Source: Pyrinomonadaceae bacterium
GTDB lineage: Bacteria > Acidobacteriota > Blastocatellia > Pyrinomonadales > Pyrinomonadaceae
DNA: 64,000 nucleotides
NCBI GenBank assembly: GCA_035537255.1
Contig: DATLMN010000065.1
Coordinates: forward strand, 826 to 64,825
Direction of reading: 5' to 3'
Under the pieces are notes generated by a model. That model had not been told where the DNA came from and ran no database searches. It was given only the letters and a program-made list of their open reading frames with translations. Positions 55,462 through 64,000 of this stretch are shown piece by piece (position 1 is the stretch's first letter; each line of letters starts with the position of its first letter). The position numbers were made by a program, and so were the translations under genes.

Positions 55462-55604
55462 TGGAAAAAAGCCTTTCGAGAGCACACAAGCGGGCTTTGC
55501 TACTCGCCTGCGCGCGGCTCTACTTCAGAGACAGATAGAGCAGTATCTCTGCCGTGCTAGACACGCGACTTGTGAGGCTCTTGATTAACCATCGGACGTA
55601 AGAC

Positions 55605-55895
55605 TTAACAAGGAACCCAGCCATTACGACCAGGGTCTTGGCAGCAAATGTCAACGATTTCCGATGTCTGGTATTGCGAGCTTTGTCCGGTCAGAGTTCC
55701 CTGCCCATTACAGTTGACGTAACGACTGCCAATCACCTGTGTGTGGCTCGCGTCACTGTAATAGGTGATTTCATACGAGTACCTGGGCTGAGGTGTAGAA
55801 CTAACTTTACTCGACGGAAGGAAAGCACCCGTTAGCAACAGCGCCAGAAATGCTGCGAAAACAAACCGTCTCACTGCTCCAGAGAATAGTTTCAT
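55605..55895 (-). CDS. Small secreted 4-Cys protein
   Basis: 96 aa with a signal peptide. Mature part ..YEITYYSDASHTQVIGSRYVNCNGQGTL..DICCQDPGRNGWVPC. I have seen the YYSDA...C.G pattern in small secreted proteins, but I will not name a family. Confidence 0.5.
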   Translation of the reverse strand: MKLFSGAVRRFVFAAFLALLLTGAFLPSSKVSSTPQPRYSYEITYYSDASHTQVIGSRYVNCNGQGTLTGQSSQYQTSEIVDICCQDPGRNGWVPC

Positions 55896-56268
55896 GTCTC
55901 CTCCTAATTTTGTGATGGTGTGGTGAAGTTTATTGCGCCCCGAAAAGTCCAGATGTGTCCCTTCGCTAATAGGGCTTAGGGTAAGGCGACCAGCCGAAGC
56001 CGTATCATCGAGGGCTTTCAGCTCATCTTTACTTTATTATTAGGAGCGCAGTTCGTGGGGGAAGATTGAAAAACGTTTTTCCTGTCCAGTTGAGGTGAGC
56101 AACGTTTTTCGGGACTAATCTACTCTTCCGAACAAACAACGTCAAGAAAGTTCTTGATCGGGTAGCGGGTCAGTTTGAGATTGAATACACAGCCTGTTGA
56201 AACTCATCACCGCAAACACAAGAGGAAAGAGAAACCACTCGCCTGAATTTTATCAGGTCAATAAATCG

Positions 56269-56310
56269 AGAGGCCGGAGCGGAACACGTTTGGTTCTCAC
56301 TCCGGCCTCT
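56269..56310 (-). terminator. Hairpin downstream of gene 56339..56881 (possible terminator)
   Basis: AGAGGCCGGAG-(20 nt)-CTCCGGCCTCT. Minus-strand tail CGATTTATTG. Confidence 0.4.
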
Positions 56311-56338
56311 ATTGTGTGCTGTTGCGGCTGTCAGATGT

Positions 56339-56881
56339 TTAGTAACCTCTGTAGCCTTCGGTGTAGCCGTTGATGAACGCCTGACGGAAGTACTGCTGAT
56401 AGATATAGCGGTCGCCAAGACGAGAGCTATAGTCCTTAGAGGCTTCCCTATAGGTCTCCTCATCGTTGTAGTTGAAGCCTTCACCGCGCTCGCGGTCTCT
56501 GCGGCCTTCCTTGACGCCTTCATTAGCGCCGGCGTTGAGAGCGGTCTGGCGAAGCTGCAAAGAGCCTCCGTAGTTGCCATATCCATCATTGGAACGGCCG
56601 TTACCATAGTAACCACCATTGTTACCATAGTACCCGCCGTTGTTACCGTAGATACCGCCACTGCGCTGAGCACGACGCTGCTCGCGTCTCTGTTGACGCT
56701 CTAACTCACGCTGACGACGACGCTGTTCGCGTTCATAGTCGCGCTGACGCCTGTATTGATCATTCTGCCCATAGGGCCACTGCGCCTGTGCGGTCACACT
56801 GGTTGTGATGAATGTGCCAAATAGAAGAGAGAATGCCAGTAATGCTCCCCCAACTCTGTTCCGAATCTGTCTGCTTTTCAT
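56339..56881 (-). CDS. Secreted low-complexity protein (R/Q/E-rich helix plus GYYGNNG repeats plus Tyr-rich C-domain)
   Basis: Signal peptide, RRQRDYEREQRRRQRELERQQRREQRR, GGIYGNNGGYYGNNGGYYGNG, then ..YFRQAFINGYTEGYRGY. Confidence 0.55.
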   Translation of the reverse strand: MKSRQIRNRVGGALLAFSLLFGTFITTSVTAQAQWPYGQNDQYRRQRDYEREQRRRQRELERQQRREQRRAQRSGGIYGNNGGYYGNNGGYYGNGRSNDGYGNYGGSLQLRQTALNAGANEGVKEGRRDRERGEGFNYNDEETYREASKDYSSRLGDRYIYQQYFRQAFINGYTEGYRGY

Positions 56882-57697
56882 ATTCTAACCCCCCTTTGGT
56901 AAGTAACACTGGCAATCACCATGCCAGTAAAAACAACCGTCACCGACTAACAAGTTGCAGGTTGATTGCAATTCCGAGATTTACGGATTTACTTAAAAAA
57001 TAGCCTGTGTTTTTGACTATTTACGTCATTGATTTACTGATCGTCTTCAACATATTTGGTTTTAGATCATATGTATTACAAGAATCCTGGCATATCACCC
57101 AACACTTTCGCCGGTCGTTATATACTTTATAGTGCATACATCCGCTTAAATAGAAAAAAGGGCCGGCGACGCGCGTGCGCTGCCGGGTTGTTTTGTTGGC
57201 CCACCGAAGTTGAATTGAGAAAATAGATGCCGCAAGTAGTGAAAGCTACAGACCGCTGTCGTTTTATCTGTCAACGGCGATTTGATTCTGATCACACAGC
57301 CCGCCGACTAGTCTATATCCCAGACTAGCCAGTAACGCTTTTTCCTGTTTTTATAAAGGTGTGTCTAGAGAGGGGCGCGCGCCGGACGCGCCGTTTTGAG
57401 TGTGTTAGTTCGGATGGCGTTCAGGCTCTGTTGGTGATTGGCCCAGGCGTTCGTAACTAATATTTAATCGGCCATTAACCGTAAGTTTAGGGTGGGTGTT
57501 TATGATCTGGCCTGCACCCGCCCCTCACTTGTGTCTGGCTTGGGTTGTGCGAGGGCGCTTAAGTTCCTCGCACAACCCCAACTCATCAAGAGCTTTTAAG
57601 CCTGCCTCTCGCGCTGGCAGAAAACTCTAACAATCGTCGAGCGTTCCGGCTTGAAGAGTCATTTGCCTTGGCGGCTCACTGTCACGCCGGCTGTAGC

Positions 57698-57985
57698 TTA
57701 TGGTCTTCTGTTGCCGTTACCGTTACCGTTGCCCGCGCCCGTGCCACGTGCATTTGAATTCAAGTTGGATACACCGGCCGTGTTCGCATTACCGTTGTTG
57801 TTGACGACAGTCGCCACATTGGAATTGGGATTGACACGCGGACTGATGTTGGCGTTGGTCTCGACCACACCGTTTCTGGTGGCGTTGTTGCTAGCGCTGT
57901 TACTATTGTTACTATTGTCGCCGCCGCAGCCAGCCAAGAAGCTGGCGACGATGAGCGCGACCGGGAGAGCTAAGGTTCGTCGCAT
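57698..57985 (-). CDS. Asn-rich small lipoprotein
   Basis: MRRTLALPVALIVASFLAGC lipobox (LAGC), followed by an N/S/G-rich low-complexity tail. Confidence 0.5.
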   Translation of the reverse strand: MRRTLALPVALIVASFLAGCGGDNSNNSNSASNNATRNGVVETNANISPRVNPNSNVATVVNNNGNANTAGVSNLNSNARGTGAGNGNGNGNRRP

Positions 57986-58171
57986 TGAACTCCTCCTGTG
58001 CTTGTATCTATGAAATTACATGGAGAGACCGGGCAGGCCCGACGCGCATTTCAAGCGCTGTGACCACCCGACTTGAGTCCCTCTTACAGGGAACGAAGGT
58101 TTCCGGCCACCTCAAGCCTGAAAGCAAGCGTGGCCGGAATCTTTCATCCCACTACTACGGGCAGCAAATTT

Positions 58172-58711
58172 TTAGCGGTAGACATGCTCGCCGCGATTGC
58201 TGCGCCAGTCATTCTCGAAATACTCGGCATCCTCGTCATTGCGCGCATTGATGCCCATCACGATGCCGCCACTCTTGATGCCTTCTTCGTAATCCTTGAC
58301 ACGCTCTTCCGGGATACCAGCGCCAACGAGAGCGCCGATGATACCGCCGGTCGCGCCGCCAGCGCCTGCACCCGCCAGAGCGGCCGCAATCGGGCCTGCG
58401 ACGATCAATCCGAGACCGGGCAGAGCGACTGAAGTTCCGATGGCCGCGATGGCAGCCAGCGTTGCGCCGACAGTGCCGCCGATGGCCGCACCCGTGCCCG
58501 CACCTTCAAGGGCCTTGTTGCCAAGCTCTGTCTCTCTTCCGCCAACAAAATGTTTGTTGCGAGTCTCGTCCGACATCAAAAGATTCACGTCATCCTGGCT
58601 GTAGCCACGACTGGTGAGCGAGCCATAAGCGCGCTCGGCGCTTTCTCTGTCTCTGAATAGTCCGGTCACCGTGCGTGAACGACCTGCTGAAGTACCTGTT
58701 GTTTCTGCCAT
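58172..58711 (-). CDS. YflT/general-stress-protein-like domain protein with Gly-zipper membrane segment
   Basis: ..VTGLFRDRESAERAYGSLTSRGYSQDDVNLLM.. (YflT-like), a Gly/Ala-rich hydrophobic core, and ..GIPEERVKDYEEGIKSGGIVMGI.. Confidence 0.55.
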   Translation of the reverse strand: MAETTGTSAGRSRTVTGLFRDRESAERAYGSLTSRGYSQDDVNLLMSDETRNKHFVGGRETELGNKALEGAGTGAAIGGTVGATLAAIAAIGTSVALPGLGLIVAGPIAAALAGAGAGGATGGIIGALVGAGIPEERVKDYEEGIKSGGIVMGINARNDEDAEYFENDWRSNRGEHVYR

Positions 58712-59018
58712 TTTCTAAACCTCCGAGTCTAATTGTAAGTTGGATCAACGGTGCGATATGCCCTATTGCATACCGCTCGCTCCGTATGCTTTCGCATTTC
58801 AAAACAAACCGCCGCCACGCATTTCGGCCTTTAAAAACCGCCGCGTGTACGATTTTCGTTCCAAACTAAAGCGGCTATACAGGGTAAAAGCAAAAGACAG
58901 GCCACAACCTCTGGATTTGGGGCAAGGAAGGATTTGAGCAGACAATAATTCGACGACGCTTTTTGTAAAGCAGAGCGCGAACATTATGGCTTGCGCGCTT
59001 AGGCTCAAAAGCTAAACC

Positions 59019-60047
59019 TCAGCGCTCGATTTTCAGCGCGCTCAGATCAATCTGGTAGATGTCGCCCAGACCGTTGCGCGGCCCTCTGAGCCTGTTTGAC
59101 AGCTCCGTGTAGGTCAGAGGTTTTGGCGGCGTTTCACTCGTCGCATCTCTGGTGCTCGTCCAGAAAAAGTATTTTCCGTCGGGCGAGATTTTCGGCGACA
59201 GTTCGTTACCGCTCGAATTGATTTGATCGCCCAGATTGACCGGCTCCGTCCAGACGCCTTTGCGGTTGTAGCTCAAATAAAGATCAAAGCCTCCGCGCGC
59301 ATCTTTACGACCGCCGCACATAAAGATCAGAAAGCTCTCGTCAGGAGCGATCAAAGGCTCGAACTCGTTGAACTGTGTATTGAGTGTCGCGCCCAGGTTT
59401 TCCGCTGGCGCGTAACTGCCGTTGACGAGCCGAGAGCGATAGAGGTCCGTGCGACCTTTGCCGCCTTCACGATCCGAGCCGAAGTAGATCGTCCCGTTGG
59501 CCGCAATCGTCGGATACCACTCGTTGCCGGGGCTGTTGACGGGAGCGCCCAAGTTCACCGGCGCGCTCCATCCACTCGCGGTCATCTCCATCATCCAGAT
59601 GTCCAGATCATCTTTGGCTCGCGGGGCGGCAGCAGCCGTGCTGGCAAGCGGACGGTTCGAGATAAAGTAAAAGCGTTTTCCGTCCGGCGTGATAAAAGGG
59701 TCTGCGTCGGAGTATTGCCCGGAGAAGGGCGCGACCTCCGGCGTCGTCCAACGCCCATTCTTAAAATGCGAGACGACGATGGTCCAGAAGCTGAAGTTTG
59801 GATTGTTCTTCAGAAAGTAGACGGTTCTGCCGTCAGGCGTAAAAGCCGGATGCGACTCGTAATCGCCCGTACACAGCGTGCCCTCCGCAAAAATTGCAGG
59901 CTCACTCATCGATTTGGCGGAAGCGTAAGGATGAGCTGATCGATCATCCATCCGGCTTGCGCTCACAGTCTTCTGCCAGTCAGGGCAGAGCGCGCTGAAG
60001 AAGAGCAGCGAGGCGACAACGATTATCGAATACGCATACCTGTTCAT
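59019..60047 (-). CDS. PD40/TolB-like beta-propeller repeat protein
   Basis: Repeated ..P.(F/I)(T/S)PDG...(Y/F)F.S.R.. units (FTPDGRTVYF, ITPDGKRFYFISNR, ISPDGKYFFWTSTR). Confidence 0.7.
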   Translation of the reverse strand: MNRYAYSIIVVASLLFFSALCPDWQKTVSASRMDDRSAHPYASAKSMSEPAIFAEGTLCTGDYESHPAFTPDGRTVYFLKNNPNFSFWTIVVSHFKNGRWTTPEVAPFSGQYSDADPFITPDGKRFYFISNRPLASTAAAAPRAKDDLDIWMMEMTASGWSAPVNLGAPVNSPGNEWYPTIAANGTIYFGSDREGGKGRTDLYRSRLVNGSYAPAENLGATLNTQFNEFEPLIAPDESFLIFMCGGRKDARGGFDLYLSYNRKGVWTEPVNLGDQINSSGNELSPKISPDGKYFFWTSTRDATSETPPKPLTYTELSNRLRGPRNGLGDIYQIDLSALKIER

Positions 60048-60077
60048 GATTCAAGACACCTTTATCGTCATGTATGG

Positions 60078-60584
60078 TCATGATCCGGGAGCGGGCTCTG
60101 ATAAAGCCAGCTCGAAGCCGTACTCTATAGAGTTGTTGGCATCCTTCAGCTCGCGCTTGCCTGTTTGCAGAAAACCCATATTCGTGTAGAGACGATGAGC
60201 ATCAAGAAAGCGCGTGTCGCTCCAGAGAATCATCTGCCGCAGACCTGCGCGGCGCGTATGATCTATCGCCATCTGTACCAGCTGCCGCGCCCAGCCCTGC
60301 CGACGCAAGCTCCTGTGAACGTAGAGCGTCTTTAACTCGGCGGAGTCCGCGTGCAGCAGCACCGCGCCGCTCGCTTTAACGACGCCCTCATCTTCGACGA
60401 CCCACAACTCGCCGCCGCTTTCGCGAAAGTACTTTGCAGGGTCTGTCAGATACGGCTCATCCCGTTCGACATCGAGCGTGCAATCATACTCGCCGTAGAC
60501 CTCTGCGATCAGACGCTGGATGCCGTCGGTATCCTGCACTTGGGCAAGTCTGAGCCGTGGTGGCATAGATGAGAATCTCTGCAA
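60078..60584 (-). CDS. GNAT-family N-acetyltransferase
   Basis: 168 aa with ..LYVHRSLRRQGWARQLVQMAIDHTRRAG.. (acetyl-CoA binding motif A). Confidence 0.8.
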   Translation of the reverse strand: MQRFSSMPPRLRLAQVQDTDGIQRLIAEVYGEYDCTLDVERDEPYLTDPAKYFRESGGELWVVEDEGVVKASGAVLLHADSAELKTLYVHRSLRRQGWARQLVQMAIDHTRRAGLRQMILWSDTRFLDAHRLYTNMGFLQTGKRELKDANNSIEYGFELALSEPAPGS

Positions 60585-60621
60585 GGAAAGCTAAGCGCGC
60601 GCGAAATGCAAGCGCCTGTGG

Positions 60622-61065
60622 TCAGGCTAAAGCGCCGAGTTGTTTGAGCAGGAGCGCTCTGTCGAAATAAGCATTTTCACCCGCGAGCTTTCCCTCTTCA
60701 TCGAAAGTGTAGACGGTGCAGACGGCGACCTTGAAAGAGCGCCCCGTCGCCTGATAACCCTGCCACGTGCCCGTGTGTCTGCCGCTAAGGGTCTGTTCGA
60801 GGATGATGGCGTCATCGGCGATGTGTCGTCGCCTTACGTCAATTCGCAGATCGGAAAAGCCGCCGTTATCGTTGAACCCGAACTCTTCATGCAGAGAGCG
60901 AATGCCCTTGTGATTCTCGAACTTGTAGCCGTTGAGGATCATGATCGCTCCCCGTCCGAATGTCTCCATGATCGCTTCCAGCTCATGCGCATTCTCCGCG
61001 CGCAGATGTTCTTCCAGAAGCGCGACGCGCGTCCTCAACTGATCCTCAGACCATGCCTGCGACAT
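60622..61065 (-). CDS. SnoaL-like / ester-cyclase-type NTF2-fold protein
   Basis: ATG 61065 is preceded by GAGGAG. ..LSGRHTGTWQGYQATGRSFKVAVCTVYTFDEEGKLAGE.. is typical of ester cyclases. Confidence 0.65.
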   Translation of the reverse strand: MSQAWSEDQLRTRVALLEEHLRAENAHELEAIMETFGRGAIMILNGYKFENHKGIRSLHEEFGFNDNGGFSDLRIDVRRRHIADDAIILEQTLSGRHTGTWQGYQATGRSFKVAVCTVYTFDEEGKLAGENAYFDRALLLKQLGALA

Positions 61066-61262
61066 CTTTAATCTCCTCGCAGCTATTCTCTCCTTGAGCC
61101 GCCGTTCAAGATAGCGCAAATTGGAAGTGTTCGGCTATTGACTTGACACGTGTTCGGGTGTAAAAGCCAATCAAGTTTTCTGACACCCTAGCCCATCCTC
61201 GTTCATAGATGTGCCAGCAAGACAATTATTCAAAGCATGCTAAAGACGAAAGGAAATACGAA

Positions 61263-61922
61263 ATGGCTATTCGTTTAGGCGACACCGCGCCGGATTTCAC
61301 AGCACAAACCACAGAAGGCCCGCTCAAATTCCATGACTGGATAGGCGATAGTTGGGCCGTACTGTTTTCTCATCCCAAAGATTTTACTCCCGTCTGTACG
61401 ACGGAGCTGGGCGAGTGCGCGCGCCTCAAGCCGGAATTCGACCGCCGCAACGTCAAAGTCATAGGGCTGAGCGTCGACCCGGCAGACTCGCACGAAAAAT
61501 GGGCGGCCGATATTGAAGAGACTCAAGGGACGGCCCTGAACTTTCCGCTGATCGCAGATTCGGACCGCAAGGTCTCAGACCTCTATGACATGATTCATCC
61601 GAACGCGAGCGATACTTTTACCGTGCGCTCCGTCTATGTCATCGGGCCTGACAAAAAAGTGAAGCTGATGATCACATACCCTGCGAGCACGGGCCGCAAC
61701 TTCGACGAAATCCTGCGCGTCATAGACTCTCTGCAACTGACGGCCAACTACAGCGTCGCGACACCCGTCAACTGGAAAGACGGGGACGACGTGATTATCG
61801 TCCCCTCGATGTCGGACGAGGACGCGAAGGCGAAATTCCCTGCGGGCTGGACAGCGCACAAGCCCTACCTGAGAGTCACGCCGCAGCCTAACAAAGCGGA
61901 CGCAGCGAAAGGCGGCAAGTAA
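61263..61922 (+). CDS. 1-Cys peroxiredoxin (Prx6 type)
   Basis: MAIRLGDTAPDFTAQTTEG..WAVLFSHPKDFTPVCTTELG; the single PVCTTE motif and the length are typical of Prx6. Confidence 0.9.
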   Translation: MAIRLGDTAPDFTAQTTEGPLKFHDWIGDSWAVLFSHPKDFTPVCTTELGECARLKPEFDRRNVKVIGLSVDPADSHEKWAADIEETQGTALNFPLIADSDRKVSDLYDMIHPNASDTFTVRSVYVIGPDKKVKLMITYPASTGRNFDEILRVIDSLQLTANYSVATPVNWKDGDDVIIVPSMSDEDAKAKFPAGWTAHKPYLRVTPQPNKADAAKGGK

Positions 61923-61986
61923 GAAAGCCGCCCGCATTACGAAAGTAAAGTTAGACGCAAGACAAGATTGGTCAAATGATAGACGG

Positions 61987-62029
61987 CCACTCGCGAGTTT
62001 CACGTAAAGCTCGCGAGTGGTTTTCTTTT
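61987..62029 (+). terminator. Rho-independent terminator of the peroxiredoxin gene
   Basis: CCACTCGCGAG-tttcacgtaaag-CTCGCGAGTGG followed by TTTTCTTTT. Confidence 0.85.
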
Positions 62030-62289
62030 GAGAACTGAAAGGAGCAACAGAGTAACGGGACAGAGAGGGGTTGGCGGTGGGTAGTACGGGAAGCTACCCA
62101 CCTGCTCTTTGCGGGAATCCCCTGTCTTGGGCGATTCTCAACGAGGTACTTTAAGACAAAGATCAAATCGACGGATGTTTCCAGAAAACCGCCCTTCAAG
62201 CGCGGCCTCCCCGAGCGACTTTTCGGTGGCTTCGGTTTATAATTATCTTTTCCATAATTCAGCCATTAAAACCTTTAGAAGGAGTATTC

Positions 62290-64000
62290 ATGACCGCTGT
62301 AGAGAAGACAGGCAAGCGCCCCGCGAGCATCAGCTTTAAGGGCCGCATTCTTTTCCTGACCGACGATGTCTCTTTGATTCGCCGCCAGCTTGAACAGGGC
62401 GAAGACCTGCCCTTTGATCCCGATCAGGAGTTGATGAGCAATATCTCGACGGACGAGATTACGCCGGGCTGGGTCTGCTTTTATTACGACGAGACTTTGG
62501 GCCAGTACGTCTATGTCGGAATGCGCGAAGCGGCAGTGCAGAAGGATGAAGTTAAAAACGGCGGCTTCTCCGTCGTCGTCTCCGGTCTCTCGAAGGGCTG
62601 CGGCTCGTCGCGTGAGACAGCGCCTTATGCTGAAAAGTGGGCGGGCATCGAATTGGTCATCGCCAAATCAATCGAGAAGATTTACGGACAGAACTCGCAG
62701 AACATAGGTCTTCTGACCTCTACGGACTTTAGCCTTATCGAGCGCATACGCCGTGGCGAAGAGATTCCCTTAGAAGAGTTCACGCGCGGTCTGGACCCGA
62801 TCTCGAAATCAATCGTCGAGTATGGCGGCCTCTTCAATTACAACAAGGCGCGGCTTGCGGGCGATGTGCAGCCCCCGCCATTGGAAACCGGACGGCGACC
62901 GATGACGATTGTCGAGAAGATCATCGCTCGCCATGCTTTTGTGCGCGCAGGAGAGGTCGGTGTCAAAGCAGTCAAGCCCGGCGATGCGCTCTTTGCCGTC
63001 GCGGACGTGCGCTTCTCTCACGAGTACGTTACGCCGATGGCCGAATCCCTTTTTCGTCAGGCGCTCGGCGCAGACGCGCGCGTGACCGAGCCGGAATCCG
63101 TCTTCGCTTTCCGCGATCACCTGACATTCCTTGGACAGGTCATGCCGCCAAAGCAGCGCGAGATGGGATTGCTTGAGCGCGCAGACGGACTCGCCGTCAC
63201 GCAGGCGGAGTTCACCGTGCGTCAGAACATACGTCTCTACGGCGAGAACCCAGAGGGTGGCTCGGAAGCTATCTGTCACAACGCCGTGGTCGAAGACCTC
63301 GCGCTCCCGGGCCAGATCGTCATCGGCACGGACTCGCACACGTGCATGGCAGGCGTGCTCGGCTGCTTCGCCTTCGGCGTGGGCTCAACGGACATGGCCA
63401 ACGCCTGGTACACGAAAGACATACGCATACGCGTTCCGGAAACCGTGCGCTATGTGCTGAAAGGAAAGAAGCACGCAGACGTGACGGCCAAGGACGTGAT
63501 GCTTTATATCCTCGCGACTCCGTACATGAAATCGAGCAAGGGGATCGGCAAGGTGCTGGAGTTCGCGGGCGAGGGCTTGAAGGATTGGCCCATGGACGAG
63601 CGCGCGACCCTGACGAACATGGCAGTCGAAGCAGGAGGCACGACCGGCATCATAGAGCCTGACGAAGTGACGCTGGACTACATCGTACGCATGCGCGGCC
63701 TCGACGCGGAAGAGGTGCGCAAGGGCTTTCTCAAGAGCGATGAGGACGCAGAGTACGCCGAAGTCTTCGAGATCAATCTGGACGAGATACGGCCTATGGT
63801 CGCCACGCCCGGCGATCCGCGCAACGGCATACACATCACAGAGCTTCCCACAGAAGTGAAGATAGACATTGCATACGGCGGCTCTTGCACGGGCGGCAAG
63901 ATGGCGGACATGGATATGTACGCGGCCGTGCTCAAGCGCGCCGTCGAGCAAGGCCGAACGGTTGCGCCCGGCGTTCAGCTCTTTCTTCAATTCGGCTCGC
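62290..64000 (+). CDS. Aconitase-family hydro-lyase with swivel (LeuD-like) domain N-terminal to the catalytic (LeuC-like) domains; 3'-truncated by the window edge
   Basis: Not in the ORF track because there is no stop in the window. Hand translation from ATG 62290 (AAGGAG upstream): MTAVEKTGKRPASISFKGRILFLTDD..ISTDEITPG..GCGSSRE.. then ..MTIVEKIIARHA..GTDSHT..YGGSCTGGK.. Confidence 0.8.
   Translation, partial: MTAVEKTGKRPASISFKGRILFLTDDVSLIRRQLEQGEDLPFDPDQELMSNISTDEITPGWVCFYYDETLGQYVYVGMREAAVQKDEVKNGGFSVVVSGLSKGCGSSRETAPYAEKWAGIELVIAKSIEKIYGQNSQNIGLLTSTDFSLIERIRRGEEIPLEEFTRGLDPISKSIVEYGGLFNYNKARLAGDVQPPPLETGRRPMTIVEKIIARHAFVRAGEVGVKAVKPGDALFAVADVRFSHEYVTPMAESLFRQALGADARVTEPESVFAFRDHLTFLGQVMPPKQREMGLLERADGLAVTQAEFTVRQNIRLYGENPEGGSEAICHNAVVEDLALPGQIVIGTDSHTCMAGVLGCFAFGVGSTDMANAWYTKDIRIRVPETVRYVLKGKKHADVTAKDVMLYILATPYMKSSKGIGKVLEFAGEGLKDWPMDERATLTNMAVEAGGTTGIIEPDEVTLDYIVRMRGLDAEEVRKGFLKSDEDAEYAEVFEINLDEIRPMVATPGDPRNGIHITELPTEVKIDIAYGGSCTGGKMADMDMYAAVLKRAVEQGRTVAPGVQLFLQFGS

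Noticed and set aside
55397-55588. ORF 55397..55588 (+, 63 aa) in the intergenic region upstream of the TonB receptor.
   Set aside because: It has no SD. It spans a 15-bp perfect hairpin and lies next to the Pho-box-like array. It is more likely non-coding regulatory or terminator sequence.
56170-56704. ORFs 56170..56673(-) and 56312..56704(+), overlapping gene 56339..56881.
   Set aside because: These are alternative frames of the same repetitive, codon-biased stretch (T/V/A-rich translations). The 56339..56881 frame has a signal peptide and coherent domain structure.

Overview
GC-rich bacterial chromosomal window, about 60-65% GC by eye (not computed). The gene content suggests an Acidobacteriota-like organism: CarboxypepD_reg-type TonB-dependent receptors ending in ...RFNF, many secreted peptidases, and many periplasmic thiol-disulfide oxidoreductases. 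That assignment is inference only.

I support about 51 CDS:
- a MoxR/DUF58/SpoIIM-like cluster;
- housekeeping enzymes (FTCD, MsrB, ALDH, PepP, ThiO-like, NAD-IDH, Prx6, and an aconitase-family gene running off the 3' edge);
- two S8 peptidases, one of them frameshifted;
- a CcdA-thioredoxin fusion and other Trx-fold proteins;
- a Cys/His-rich protein, TonB receptor and BNR propeller string;
- an M16 peptidase with a circularly permuted ATP-grasp gene;
- an AT-richer islet of secreted proteases (M48, tandem retropepsin, M48) ending in a protein whose mature N-terminus looks like a TIMP/NTR metalloprotease-inhibitor module;
- a complete Pho cluster on the minus strand (TonB receptor, pstSCAB, phoU, phoB, phoR) with 11-bp-phased Pho-box-like repeats;
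- an AT-richer patch of small secreted low-complexity proteins.

The most unusual signal is non-coding. At least 16 long intergenic inverted repeats from about 8 sequence families are present. In six of these families the arms are tandem heptanucleotide arrays (GGGATGA, TTTTGGA, AGTTTTC, TCAGATG, TCAGAAN, CNAGTGA). In co-directional gene strings these repeats run from at or within a few nt of the upstream stop codon to 0-9 nt from a downstream start codon that lacks a Shine-Dalgarno. One copy carries a tRNA-Lys(CTT)-like core exactly at its apex. A separate ~220-bp multi-hairpin MITE-like element occurs three times.

No rRNA, CRISPR array, transposase or integrase was seen. Everything here comes from reading the sequence by eye. 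No searches, folding or statistics were run.
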